Positions 10,225-19,504 of a stretch of 64,000 bases of DNA are shown here, piece after piece. The notes beneath the pieces are model-generated. The model saw nothing but the letters and a program-made list of their open reading frames with translations, did no database searches and had not been told where the DNA came from. The DNA comes from Planctomycetota bacterium. GTDB taxonomy: Bacteria; Planctomycetota; UBA1135; UBA2386. Position numbers and translations under genes: made by a program. The first letter of the stretch is position 1, and each line of letters opens with the position of its first letter. Where the stretch lies: the NCBI GenBank assembly GCA_965223545.1, contig OZ245006.1, forward strand, positions 6,656,001-6,720,000. The letters run 5' to 3'.

Positions 10225-11225
10225 CCGGCGCGCGCCTGCGGACCGCGCGGCGCGGGCTTTGGCCGCTGTCGTGCATCTACGGGGGCGCGATTCGCCTGCG
10301 CAACGCGCTGTTCGACGCTGGCTGGCGTCGCATCGGTCGGCTGCCGGTGCCGGTGATCTCGGTCGGCAACCTGAGCGTCGGCGGCACCGGCAAGACGCCG
10401 CTGGTGCTGTGGCTGGTCGAGGCCTTGGCCGGTGCCGGTCATCGGCCCGGGGTGCTGGCGCGGGGCTACGGCCGCGCGCCGGGTGCGGCCCTCAACGACG
10501 AGGGCATGCTGCTGGCGGGTCGCCACCCCGAGCTGCTGCAGGTGCAGAACCCCGACCGGGTCGCCGGCGGCCAGCGACTGGTCGAGCTCGGCGCCGATGT
10601 GGTGGTCCTCGACGACGGTTTCCAGCACCGCCGCCTGCACCGCGATTGCGATCTGGTCTGCGCCGACGCCGCCGCGCCGTTCGCCGACCGCCGGCTGCTG
10701 CCGGCGGGGGACTTGCGCGAGCCGGCGCGGGCGTTGACCCGCGCCGACGCCGTCGTGCTAACCCGCGCCGCCGGCCTCGACGAGGGCCGCCGGGCGGCGG
10801 CGCGCATCGCGGTGCAGCGCGCGGCGGGACGCGAGCTGCAGGTGTTCTACACCGAGCACCGGGCGCGCGATGTGCTGGCGCGGCCGAGCGACGAGGTGTT
10901 GCCGCTGTCGGCATTGCGCGGCCGGCGCGTGGCGCTGCTGTCGGCAATCGCGCGGCCGCAGTCGTTCGAGGCATCGGTCGCGGCACTCGGCGCCGAGATC
11001 GTGCTGCGCGAGCGCTGTCGTGACCACCACCGCTTCACCGCGGCGGAGCTCAGCGCGGTGCGCGCCCGGGTCGAGGAGCGCGACTGCGTGCTCGTGGTCA
11101 CCGAGAAGGACGACCCCAAGCTGCCGATCGACCTGCCGCGCTGGGTGCTGCGCATCGACTTGGCGTTCGACGGCGAATCGCCCCATCGGCTGTTGGCGCG
11201 AGTCTTACCTGAGAGGCCACGGTGA
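10221..11225 (+). CDS. lpxK: Tetraacyldisaccharide 4'-kinase
   Basis: PVISVGNLSVGGTGKTP, LDDGFQH, LLPAG.LRE, TEKD; GTG overlaps the fabD stop. Confidence 0.95.
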   Translation: MTGARLRTARRGLWPLSCIYGGAIRLRNALFDAGWRRIGRLPVPVISVGNLSVGGTGKTPLVLWLVEALAGAGHRPGVLARGYGRAPGAALNDEGMLLAGRHPELLQVQNPDRVAGGQRLVELGADVVVLDDGFQHRRLHRDCDLVCADAAAPFADRRLLPAGDLREPARALTRADAVVLTRAAGLDEGRRAAARIAVQRAAGRELQVFYTEHRARDVLARPSDEVLPLSALRGRRVALLSAIARPQSFEASVAALGAEIVLRERCRDHHRFTAAELSAVRARVEERDCVLVVTEKDDPKLPIDLPRWVLRIDLAFDGESPHRLLARVLPERPR

Positions 11226-12121
11226 GCCGGCCGCGGTCGCGAGTGCGCATTCTGCTCGAGTACGGCCTGGCGCGCGCCGGCCTGTGGTTCGTCGGCATCC
11301 TGCCCGAGCGCCCCGCGTACGCGGTCGTCGGCGGCATCGGCCGGCTGTTCTTTCGCCTCTCGAAGCGACGGCAGGAGTACGCCCTGCGCTTCTTGCGCGC
11401 GGCCTATCCGGAGGGCAAGTCGGACGCCGAGCTGTTGGCGCTGGCCAGGGTGGCGACCGGCAACATCTTCAAGGTGTCGCTGGACATGGTGCGTTCGACC
11501 AAGCTGATCCGTCAGGGCAAGATGCGCGAGCGCGTCGACATCGCCGAGTTCCGCCACGCCATCGAGCGCGGGCCGGTGTTGATCGTCGCCGCGCACTTGG
11601 GCTCGTGGGAGGTCGGTGCGATGACCGTCGGCCTGCACACCGGCGAGGCCCACGCCATCGCGCGCGAGTTCAAGAACCCCCTGCTGCAACGCTTTCTGCT
11701 CGACAGTCGGCGGGCGGCGGGACTGCACGTGCACCCCAAGCGCGGCGGCATCCGCCCGCTGACGCGGGCTCTCGAGGCCGGCGGCAAGTGCATGACGGTG
11801 GTCGACCAGCACCAGCGCCTGCGCGGAGTGCAGGTGCCGTTCTTCGGCCGCACCGCCAGCACCGAACGCTCGGCGGCCAAGCTCGCGCTGCGCCTCGGCT
11901 GCCCGGTCATCGTCGCCAGCTGCGTCCGCGTCGGGCCGGGCTTCGAGTTTGCCATGACCGCCAGCGAGCCGCTGCCGATCCGGGCGACCGGCGACCGGGA
12001 CGCGGACGTGGCGGCGGCCGCCGCGGTGGTGAACCGCGGCCTCGAGGAGCATATCCTGCGGCATCCCGACCAGTATCTCTGGATCCATAACCGCTACCGC
12101 GACGCCGAGCAGAGCGCATGA
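11222..12121 (+). CDS. Lipid A late acyltransferase (LpxL/HtrB family)
   Basis: AHLGSWE, VDQ, VPFFG, PDQYLWIHNRY. Confidence 0.9.
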   Translation: MSRPRSRVRILLEYGLARAGLWFVGILPERPAYAVVGGIGRLFFRLSKRRQEYALRFLRAAYPEGKSDAELLALARVATGNIFKVSLDMVRSTKLIRQGKMRERVDIAEFRHAIERGPVLIVAAHLGSWEVGAMTVGLHTGEAHAIAREFKNPLLQRFLLDSRRAAGLHVHPKRGGIRPLTRALEAGGKCMTVVDQHQRLRGVQVPFFGRTASTERSAAKLALRLGCPVIVASCVRVGPGFEFAMTASEPLPIRATGDRDADVAAAAAVVNRGLEEHILRHPDQYLWIHNRYRDAEQSA

Positions 12122-13074
12122 CCGACAGACCCGACGACCTGCGCATCCCGTCGGTGCGCACGCGCCGCAATTTGGTGCGCCGCGCCGACTTCGCGGTGCC
12201 GATGGCGCCGGTCGCCGGGTTCGCCGACTGGTTCGGCAAGCTGCCCGACATCTACGGCGGGGTCGCCCTCAAGCGCGTCGTCGAGCTGATCGTCGACGCC
12301 AAGCGCGACGGCAAGGTGGTCGGCTTGGCGCTCGGCGCCCACGTGCTCAAGGTCGGTTTGTCGCCGCTGCTCATCGACCTGATGCGGCGCGGATTCATCG
12401 GCCACGTCGCCACCAACGGCGCCGGCGCGATCCACGACTGGGAAGTCGCCTTCATGGGCGAGACCTCGGAGGACGTCGCCGAGAATTTGACCGACGGCCG
12501 CTTCGGCTTTTGGCGCGAGACCTTCGACGCGCTCAACGGCGCCGCGGTGCGCGCCGCGAAGACCACCGACGAGGGCTATGGATTGGCGCTGGGACGCGCG
12601 ATCCGCGAGGACGGCCTGCCGCACGCCGAGCTGTCGGTGTTCGCCGAGGCGGCGCGCTTGGGCATTCCGGCCACCGTCCACGTCGCCTTCGGCTGCGACA
12701 TCACCCACATGGACCCGGCGCTCGACGCCGGCGCGCTCGGCGTCGCAACCCAGCGCGATTTCTGGTCGCTGGTCGATACCGTCGAGCGGCTCGACGGCGG
12801 AGTGTGGCTCAACGTGGGCTCGGCGGTGATCATGCCGGAGATCTTCTTGAAGGCGGTCTCGATCGGTCGCAACCGCGGCCGGCTGGGCGCCGACTTCGCC
12901 ACCTGCAACTTCGACATGCTGCAGCAGTACCGAGCCCTCACCAACGTCGTGCGACGGCCGCCGCGCGAGGGGCTGTCGGTGCTGGCGCAGCACGAGATCG
13001 CGCTGCCGCTGCTGCACCAGGCGGTGCTCGCGGTGGCCCAGCAGCGCGGGGTCGCGTTCGAGGAGGAGTCGTGA
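12118..13074 (+). CDS. Deoxyhypusine-synthase-like (DHS-fold) conserved protein
   Basis: LGAHVLKVGLSP, ATNGAGAIHDWE, GETSEDV, GSAVIMPEIFLKA; translationally coupled on both sides. Confidence 0.7.
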   Translation: MTDRPDDLRIPSVRTRRNLVRRADFAVPMAPVAGFADWFGKLPDIYGGVALKRVVELIVDAKRDGKVVGLALGAHVLKVGLSPLLIDLMRRGFIGHVATNGAGAIHDWEVAFMGETSEDVAENLTDGRFGFWRETFDALNGAAVRAAKTTDEGYGLALGRAIREDGLPHAELSVFAEAARLGIPATVHVAFGCDITHMDPALDAGALGVATQRDFWSLVDTVERLDGGVWLNVGSAVIMPEIFLKAVSIGRNRGRLGADFATCNFDMLQQYRALTNVVRRPPREGLSVLAQHEIALPLLHQAVLAVAQQRGVAFEEES

Positions 13075-14552
13075 GCCGACAGGAGCCGCGGCTGGCGTCG
13101 CCCGACGAGCTGGGCCAGCTGGTGCACCAGCTGGGCAACGGTCCGGTGCTGGTGATCGGCGACTTGATCCTCGATGGCTACATCGAGGGCTCGGCGCGGC
13201 GCGTCTCGCCGGAGGCGCCGGTGCTGGTCTTCGAGACCGAGGCGCAGCGCCACCTGCTGGGGGGTGCGTGCAACGTCGCGGCCAACCTGGTGTCGCTCGG
13301 CGCGCAGGCGTCGGTGCTGGGGGTGATCGGCGAGGACGTGCCCGGCCAGCAGCTGGTCGATCTGCTCGTCGCCGAGGGCATCGACGTCGACCCGGTGGTC
13401 CGCGATCCGTCGCGGCCGACCACCCGCAAGACGCGCTACGTGAGCAAGACCGCGCAGGTGTTGCGCGTCGATCAGGAGCGCCGCCATCCGCTGGAAGGTG
13501 CCGCCGAGGAGCACGCCTTGGCGGTGCTGGCGCAGCGGCCGTTCCCCTTTCCCGCGGTGTTGTTGAGCGACTACGGCAAGGGCATGCTGACCCGTCGAGT
13601 CATCCAGGCGGCGATCGAGGCGGCGCACTCGGCGGGCGGCATCGTCGTCGTCGATCCCAAGGGGACCGACTACACGATCTACCGCGGCGTCGATCTGCTG
13701 ACGCCCAACCGCGAGGAGGCCGAGGCGGCGACCGGCGTGCGCATCGATGGCGTGCACGATCTGCCGCGGGTGGCGGAGGTCTTGCGGCAGCACACCGGGG
13801 TGCGCACCGCGACCATCACGCTCGGCAAGGACGGGATCTACTTCGAGACCGAGGCGGGCGCCGGGCGGACCATTCCGACGGTGGCCAAGGCGGTGTTCGA
13901 CGTCACCGGCGCCGGCGACACGGTGGTCGCCGTGCTCACGCTGGCGCGCGCCAGCGGTCTGTCGCTGCCGCACGCGCTGCAGCTCGCCAACCTCGCCGCC
14001 GGCGTCGTCGTCGGCCGCTTCGGCACCTGGGCGGTGTCGCGCAGCGAGCTGCTGTCGGTGCTGGGCCAGGCCGACCCCGGCAAGATCTTGACGCGGCCGG
14101 AGGCGGTGTCGATCGCCGCACGGCTCAACGCCGAGGGGCGGCGGCTGGCGTTCACCAACGGGTGCTTCGACCTCCTGCACCCCGGCCACACCGAGTACTT
14201 GGCGCGGGCGCGGAGCTACGGCGACGCGCTGATGGTCGGCGTCAACACCGACGCCAGCGTGCGGCGGCAGAACAAGGGCGATGACCGGCCGATCGTCGGT
14301 CTGCCGGACCGCATGGCGGTGTTGGCCGCCCTGGCGGCGGTCGACTACGTGGTGCCGTTCGACGAGGACACGCCGCTGGACTTGATCCGCGAGGTGACCC
14401 CGCGGGTCCTGATCAAGGGCGAGGACTGGCGCGACAAGGGGGTCGTCGGCGGCGATTGGGTCGAGGCGCACGGCGGCCAGGTGGTGCTCGTTCCGCTGCG
14501 GGAGGGCTGCTCGACCACCGCGATCATCGAGCGCATCCGCCGCGGCGGCTGA
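13071..14552 (+). CDS. hldE: Bifunctional heptose-7-phosphate kinase / heptose-1-phosphate adenylyltransferase
   Basis: SPEAPV, GGACNVA, SDYGKG, DVTGAGDT (PfkB) plus FTNGCFDLLHPGH and KGEDW. Confidence 0.95.
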   Translation: MSRQEPRLASPDELGQLVHQLGNGPVLVIGDLILDGYIEGSARRVSPEAPVLVFETEAQRHLLGGACNVAANLVSLGAQASVLGVIGEDVPGQQLVDLLVAEGIDVDPVVRDPSRPTTRKTRYVSKTAQVLRVDQERRHPLEGAAEEHALAVLAQRPFPFPAVLLSDYGKGMLTRRVIQAAIEAAHSAGGIVVVDPKGTDYTIYRGVDLLTPNREEAEAATGVRIDGVHDLPRVAEVLRQHTGVRTATITLGKDGIYFETEAGAGRTIPTVAKAVFDVTGAGDTVVAVLTLARASGLSLPHALQLANLAAGVVVGRFGTWAVSRSELLSVLGQADPGKILTRPEAVSIAARLNAEGRRLAFTNGCFDLLHPGHTEYLARARSYGDALMVGVNTDASVRRQNKGDDRPIVGLPDRMAVLAALAAVDYVVPFDEDTPLDLIREVTPRVLIKGEDWRDKGVVGGDWVEAHGGQVVLVPLREGCSTTAIIERIRRGG

Positions 14553-14674
14553 CGCGCGGCGGGCGGCGCGGTTCGACCAAATGTGTGCGGCGCCACCGTA
14601 ACGGTGGGGCCGTTTTGGTTCCTCTGCAGGAAAGGGGCTGCTCGTTGCCCCGAACCTCCAAGGGAGAACACTCG

Positions 14675-17600
14675 ATGCAAGCCTCGCTCCGTACGCGTTG
14701 CGGCGCGCTGTGTGTCTCGGCCGCCTTCGTCGCGGTCGTTGATGTCGCGGCGATGCAGCCGAACAACCTCGTGCCCTATCCCGCGGTGACCACCACGCCC
14801 GCGGATGTTCCCAATCTGTTCGCCGAGCCGTTCACCGGCATGGCGCTCGACAGTCAGAACCGGCTGTTCGCGGTCAACACGCACGGCAGCACGCTGGTGC
14901 GGGTCGACTCCAGCGGCACGGTGTCCTTCGGCACCGGCCTCAACCCTGTCTCGGTCGCGGTCGTCGAGCGCCTGGGCGAGATCAAGGTGGCGGTGGTCTG
15001 CGCCGGCACGCACGCGATGTTGTTGCACGACGCGGCGAGTGGACGGATCGAGAACGTTCGCAGGCTCGACTCCGAGCCAGCGGACATCGTCTACGACGAC
15101 GAGCGCGAGCTGGCGTTCGTCACCTGCCGCGGCGAGAACACCGTGCTGCAGTTCGATCCGCTGAGCTTCGGCGCCGCGCCCGTGTCCTACAGCATCGAGT
15201 GTGGCCAGCGGCCGGGGTTTCTGTACTTGGACCGCGGCGATCCCGGGGTCGCCGACAACCGCGTGCTGTTCGCCGCGTCGGTAACCGGCAACAACACCAC
15301 CAACATGGTGCCCGCCGGAGAGGACCCGAACGACGGCATCGTCTTCGATCTGACCGGCAACCCCGGCGGTGAGCTCGACGATTTCGATATCTACCGGATC
15401 GATCCGGGGTCCGGGACGGTGGAGCCGGCGGTGACGGGCGTCGGCAGCCTGATCTTCGATTTCGCGCGCGCGCCGCAGCCGCCACACGGTCTCTGGGTGT
15501 TGAGTACGGACAGTCTGAACGCCGACCCCGCGCGGCAGAGCGAACCGGCGTTGCGCGGCAACTTCGTCATCAACCAGCTCGTCGTGGTGCCGGGAATCCT
15601 GCCGGTCGGGCCGGTGGCCGCCCCGCCGGGCGTCGACCTCGACGACACCCAGCCCGGCGTGTCGGGTCCGCAGTACGACGCGTGCCAGGCGATCAATCAG
15701 GCGCGGGCGCTGGAGTTCTTCGAGGGCGGCGCGTTGGTCGCCAGTCCGTTCCAAGATCGCATCTACCGGATCGCCGCCGACGGCAGCCGCAGCTTCACCT
15801 ACTACCTGCAGCCGGGATCGCAGTGCTACGACGTGCTGGATGTCGGCAACGGCTTCTTCGCCGCGCTGTGCCTCGGCACGCAGAACATCGAGATCTTCAA
15901 GTGGGATCAAGTGTGGCGCGTGCTCAGCTACCCGCTGGGCTACGACCCGACGCCGGAGCAGATCCGGCGGGGCCGCGACGTGTTTCTAGATGGCCGGATC
16001 TCGCAGGACGGTCGCTCCAGCTGCGCGTCGTGCCACGCCGGCGGTGGCTCGGACCAGCTCGGCTGGCAGCTGTCGAGCCCGCCCAACGACACCAAGGACG
16101 TGATGGTGACGCAGAGCCTGTTCGGCATCGCCGACACGTTTCCACACCACTGGCGCGGGGAGCGCGACCTGGCCGACTTCCAGGGCGCGTTCCAAGGGCT
16201 GTTGGGAGCTCCGGCGACGGCACAGCCCGGGTCGTGCGAGCAGCCCCTCTCCGACCAGAACATGATCGACGTGATCGCGTTCATGCAGTCTCTGACCGCG
16301 CCGGCCAGTCCGTACCAACACCCGACGCGCCAGGTCGACGGCGATGTCGTGACGCCGCCGATCGACGGCAACGACCCCTTGCCGGCCGGTGACCCGGTGC
16401 AGGGTGTGATCGACTTCCTCACGGTGCCGATCCCGGGTGAGGACAACATCACTTGCGCCGATTGCCATCACATCAAGACCGGGAGTGACGGCAACGCGTT
16501 CGATGTCAATGGTGGCGCGATCCCGCGTTCGACGACCACGGAGGTCGCGCACTTGCGGCAGATGCAGAACAAGGGCCGCCGCATGAAGGTGATCGGGTTG
16601 CCGTTGGCAGGCGGGGCGATGGTTCCGACCGACGTCAATGACAACGGCTTCGGCTTCGGCCACGGCGGTGAGTTCGGCACTCTGCGGACCTTCGTCGAGG
16701 CGTTCAGCCTGTCGCCGTCCGCGACGGCGAACATCATCGCCTTCCTCGAGCAGTTCGACCAAGGCCTGTCGGCCGCCGCGCACTGGGTCGAGTGGTTCGA
16801 CGCGCCGGCGGCGGCGGCGGGTCCCGCGGTGCGCGATCGCATCGAGGACTTTCTCATCGACGGAGCCGATCTCGACTGGAGCGACTTGGCGGTCGTCGGC
16901 CGCACGATGATCAGTGGCTCGATGCAGTCGATGCGCTGGTGGTTCGATCCGAACGCGGGAGCCAACGGGGAGTTCGTGCCGGAAACCACCGCGCAGCCGT
17001 CGATCACTTGGGGACAGATGGAGGCGGACGTGGCCGCGGGGACGACCGAGGCCGCGTTCATCGGGCTGCCACCGGGAGCCGGTCCGCGATTCGCGATCGA
17101 CTACGACGGCGACGGCGTGCGCAACGGCGATGACAGCCTGCCGTACGAGCCGACCTACGGGGGGCCGAGTGCTCTCCCCGCGCTCTTGTCCTGGAAGGTC
17201 GATCTGGAGACTGCGCGGCTCGGCAAGCTGCACCTCGAGTTCAGTGAGGAGGTGACCTACTCGATCGACTACCGGGCGCGGGCCAAGGGGGCTGGCAGCC
17301 CCGGACCGCTGCGCACGGCTACGCGCGAGGACTACGTAGTGCGCGATGCCGCGCATCTGCAGCACGCCGAGCCCGGCTTCCCCGACATTGGCGGCCAGCA
17401 GAGCATCGTCGAGTTCGACGCGTGGATCACCTTCACCGACCGCGATGGCAATCAGGTCAGCGGGTTCAAGCTGGAGACCGCGCCGGGTCTACCGACGTTC
17501 GTGTCGCTGCCGTTCTTTCCGGTCGGCGACACCCAGCGCGAGCCCAAGCTGTACCACATCCAGGACATTTCCCTAGTCTCCGCGAATCGGCTTGGCAGTG

Positions 17601-18082
17601 GCGTCCGGGTCAAACTGGACGTCGAGGTGCGTATGCACCGTGGCGCGCCGGACTTCGACGTCCCCGCCGTGCCGCAGATGGTGTTCTTCACGCTGGCCCA
17701 CAATCAGACGCCCAGCGGCGACTTCGAGCAGTCGCAGGTCGGGATGGCCGGTGTCGGTAGCTACACGACACCGCACGCGACGCGCTTTCGGGTGAACTCC
17801 TCTGGACCGCCCTATCCGTACTACGACGAGACGCCCGGCGAGCCGTGGATCGTCTCCGAGTTCACCGGGGTCTTCGATCCCTTGCGGCCCGGGCTAACCC
17901 GTGTGGAGTTCAACATCTACAACCTCAACGCAGGCTCCGTAGCACGGTTGTCGGCGATGGGCATCTACCCGAACAGCGGCGTGCCCACGCTGCCGCCGAT
18001 CTACGACGCGACCCACCTGCAGGAGCCGTTTCAGATGCTGTTGACCGAGGAGCACTCGCAGATCGACGTGATCATGCCCTGA
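14675..18082 (+). CDS. Secreted YVTN/YncE-like beta-propeller plus di-heme cytochrome c (bCcP/MauG-superfamily-like) protein with a long unknown C-terminus
   Basis: Signal-like N-terminus and propeller repeats; CASCH (16022-16036) and CADCH (16454-16468); GR.VF...S..G..SCASCH, PHHWRGER, GFGFGHGG; GGGAGA SD. Confidence 0.75.
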   Translation: MQASLRTRCGALCVSAAFVAVVDVAAMQPNNLVPYPAVTTTPADVPNLFAEPFTGMALDSQNRLFAVNTHGSTLVRVDSSGTVSFGTGLNPVSVAVVERLGEIKVAVVCAGTHAMLLHDAASGRIENVRRLDSEPADIVYDDERELAFVTCRGENTVLQFDPLSFGAAPVSYSIECGQRPGFLYLDRGDPGVADNRVLFAASVTGNNTTNMVPAGEDPNDGIVFDLTGNPGGELDDFDIYRIDPGSGTVEPAVTGVGSLIFDFARAPQPPHGLWVLSTDSLNADPARQSEPALRGNFVINQLVVVPGILPVGPVAAPPGVDLDDTQPGVSGPQYDACQAINQARALEFFEGGALVASPFQDRIYRIAADGSRSFTYYLQPGSQCYDVLDVGNGFFAALCLGTQNIEIFKWDQVWRVLSYPLGYDPTPEQIRRGRDVFLDGRISQDGRSSCASCHAGGGSDQLGWQLSSPPNDTKDVMVTQSLFGIADTFPHHWRGERDLADFQGAFQGLLGAPATAQPGSCEQPLSDQNMIDVIAFMQSLTAPASPYQHPTRQVDGDVVTPPIDGNDPLPAGDPVQGVIDFLTVPIPGEDNITCADCHHIKTGSDGNAFDVNGGAIPRSTTTEVAHLRQMQNKGRRMKVIGLPLAGGAMVPTDVNDNGFGFGHGGEFGTLRTFVEAFSLSPSATANIIAFLEQFDQGLSAAAHWVEWFDAPAAAAGPAVRDRIEDFLIDGADLDWSDLAVVGRTMISGSMQSMRWWFDPNAGANGEFVPETTAQPSITWGQMEADVAAGTTEAAFIGLPPGAGPRFAIDYDGDGVRNGDDSLPYEPTYGGPSALPALLSWKVDLETARLGKLHLEFSEEVTYSIDYRARAKGAGSPGPLRTATREDYVVRDAAHLQHAEPGFPDIGGQQSIVEFDAWITFTDRDGNQVSGFKLETAPGLPTFVSLPFFPVGDTQREPKLYHIQDISLVSANRLGSGVRVKLDVEVRMHRGAPDFDVPAVPQMVFFTLAHNQTPSGDFEQSQVGMAGVGSYTTPHATRFRVNSSGPPYPYYDETPGEPWIVSEFTGVFDPLRPGLTRVEFNIYNLNAGSVARLSAMGIYPNSGVPTLPPIYDATHLQEPFQMLLTEEHSQIDVIMP

Positions 18083-18151
18083 AGGTGGTGTGACTCGGCG
18101 CCCGGGGCATTCTGCGAGGCGATCTGCGGCATCGCGGCGTTCCGGGGCGGC

Positions 18152-18747
18152 GAGCCTCCGGCGCCTCGAATCTTCGAGCTTCGACAACATTCTCGAGGCG
18201 ACGCCGCTGCCATGGCAACGGCGCCGCGGCGCCGGAGGCTCGGAGAGACAGTGCCTCCTGGCTCAGCGCGGCGGCGGATGGGGCAGGCCTTCCAAGCCGC
18301 CCCGGGAAAAGCGGCATCCGAGTTTGGTTGCGGCCGCGGCCGCGCTGAGCCTCCGGCGCCTCGAATCGTCGAGCTTCGACAACATTTTCGAGGCGACGTC
18401 GCTGCCATGGCGACAACGCCGCCGCGCCGGAGGCTCGGAGAGACAGTGCCTCCGGGCTCAGCGCGGCGGCGGATGTGTCGGACCTTCCAATCCGCTCCGG
18501 CGAGAGCGGCATCCGAGTTTGGTTGCGGCCGTGGCCGCGCTGAGCCTCGGGGTCCGAGAATGTTCGAGCGGCAACAACCTTTCGGAAGGCCCGTCGTCGC
18601 CGGGACTTCGATACCGCAACTCCCGGAGGCTCGAAGACAACACTGGCCTCCGGGCTCAGCGCGGCCGCCGGCGACCGCGGGACCCGCGACCGACGCTCGG
18701 GTCGCGGAATGCTCCGTGTTTGGTTGCGGCCTCGGCCGCGCTGAGCC
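18152..18747. repeat. Three tandem units (195, 195, 201 nt) of nested palindromes; BIME/REP-like array
   Basis: GAGCC anchors at 18152, 18347, 18542 and 18743; GGCTCAGCGCGGC...GCCGCGCTGAGCC inverted pair in every unit. Confidence 0.9.
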
Positions 18748-18907
18748 ATCCACCGATATGTCTGCCCGCACAGTGCCTTGCGCCGACCATCCCACCTGGC
18801 AGGCTGCCCCCGAACCTCGCTTGTCTGTCGCGGGGGGCGCACGCTATCCTAGCTCGCTCTCCGGTGTAACTCAGGTCGGTCGGCGCCACGCGCCGAGGAG
18901 GGCCCAA

Positions 18908-19420
18908 TTGGTCGTCGTTCCGCGGAAAGTCCGCTCCAAGGACAAGGTCATTCCCAACATGCGCAACCTGGCAGCGGTGCTGCACGGGCTGCAGTCGCAG
19001 GGCAAGGTCATCGTGCTGACCAACGGCGTGTTTGACTTGCTGCACGTCGGCCACGTTCGCTGTCTCGAGGACGCGCGCGCCCGCGGCGACTACCTCGTCG
19101 TCGCGGTCAACGACGACAAGTCCACCGAGCGCCTGAAGGGCAAGGGCCATCCGATCCTGCCGGTGGACCAGCGCATGGAGATGCTGTCGACGCTCTGGTT
19201 CGTCGACTACGTCACCTCGTTCAGCGAGGACACCGCCGAGGAGCTGCTGCGCACGGTGCAGCCCGACCTCTACGCCAAAGGCACCGACTACAACGCGCGC
19301 ACCCTGCCCGAGCGCGGCATCGTCAAAGAGCTCGGCATCAAGGCCGCCTTCGTCGGCGACAAGAAGGCGAACTCGACTTCCAAGATCATCCAGCGGATCC
19401 GGAAGAAGAAGTTCGCGTAG
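18908..19420 (+). CDS. Stand-alone RfaE domain II-type sugar-phosphate nucleotidyltransferase
   Basis: LTNGVFDLLHVGHVR, AVNDD.S...LKG, YAKGTDY, STSKII; TTG start after GAGGAGG. Confidence 0.9.
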   Translation: MVVVPRKVRSKDKVIPNMRNLAAVLHGLQSQGKVIVLTNGVFDLLHVGHVRCLEDARARGDYLVVAVNDDKSTERLKGKGHPILPVDQRMEMLSTLWFVDYVTSFSEDTAEELLRTVQPDLYAKGTDYNARTLPERGIVKELGIKAAFVGDKKANSTSKIIQRIRKKKFA

Positions 19421-19504
19421 GGTGAAGGTACGGAGCCAGGCTCCGATTCATCGCCGGCCGCCGGCGATGAATCGGAGCCTGGCTCCGTACCTTCACCCTA
19501 CGCG
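19414..19504. repeat. Perfect 91-nt palindrome (REP doublet/REPIN-like), probably also a bidirectional terminator
   Basis: 45-nt arms are exact reverse complements around C19459; each arm holds GTACGGAGCCAGGCTCCGATTCATC. Confidence 0.95.

Noticed and set aside
18152..18747. CRISPR array
   Set aside because: Only three units with two alternating repeat types; linkers of units 1 and 2 are homologous rather than unique; no cas genes in the window
18031..18907. ORFs across the repeat array, including the long N-terminal extension of ORF 18212-19420
   Set aside because: Open in several frames because the repeats are GC-rich with 3n lengths; no codon bias; the real gene has a good SD and TTG at 18908
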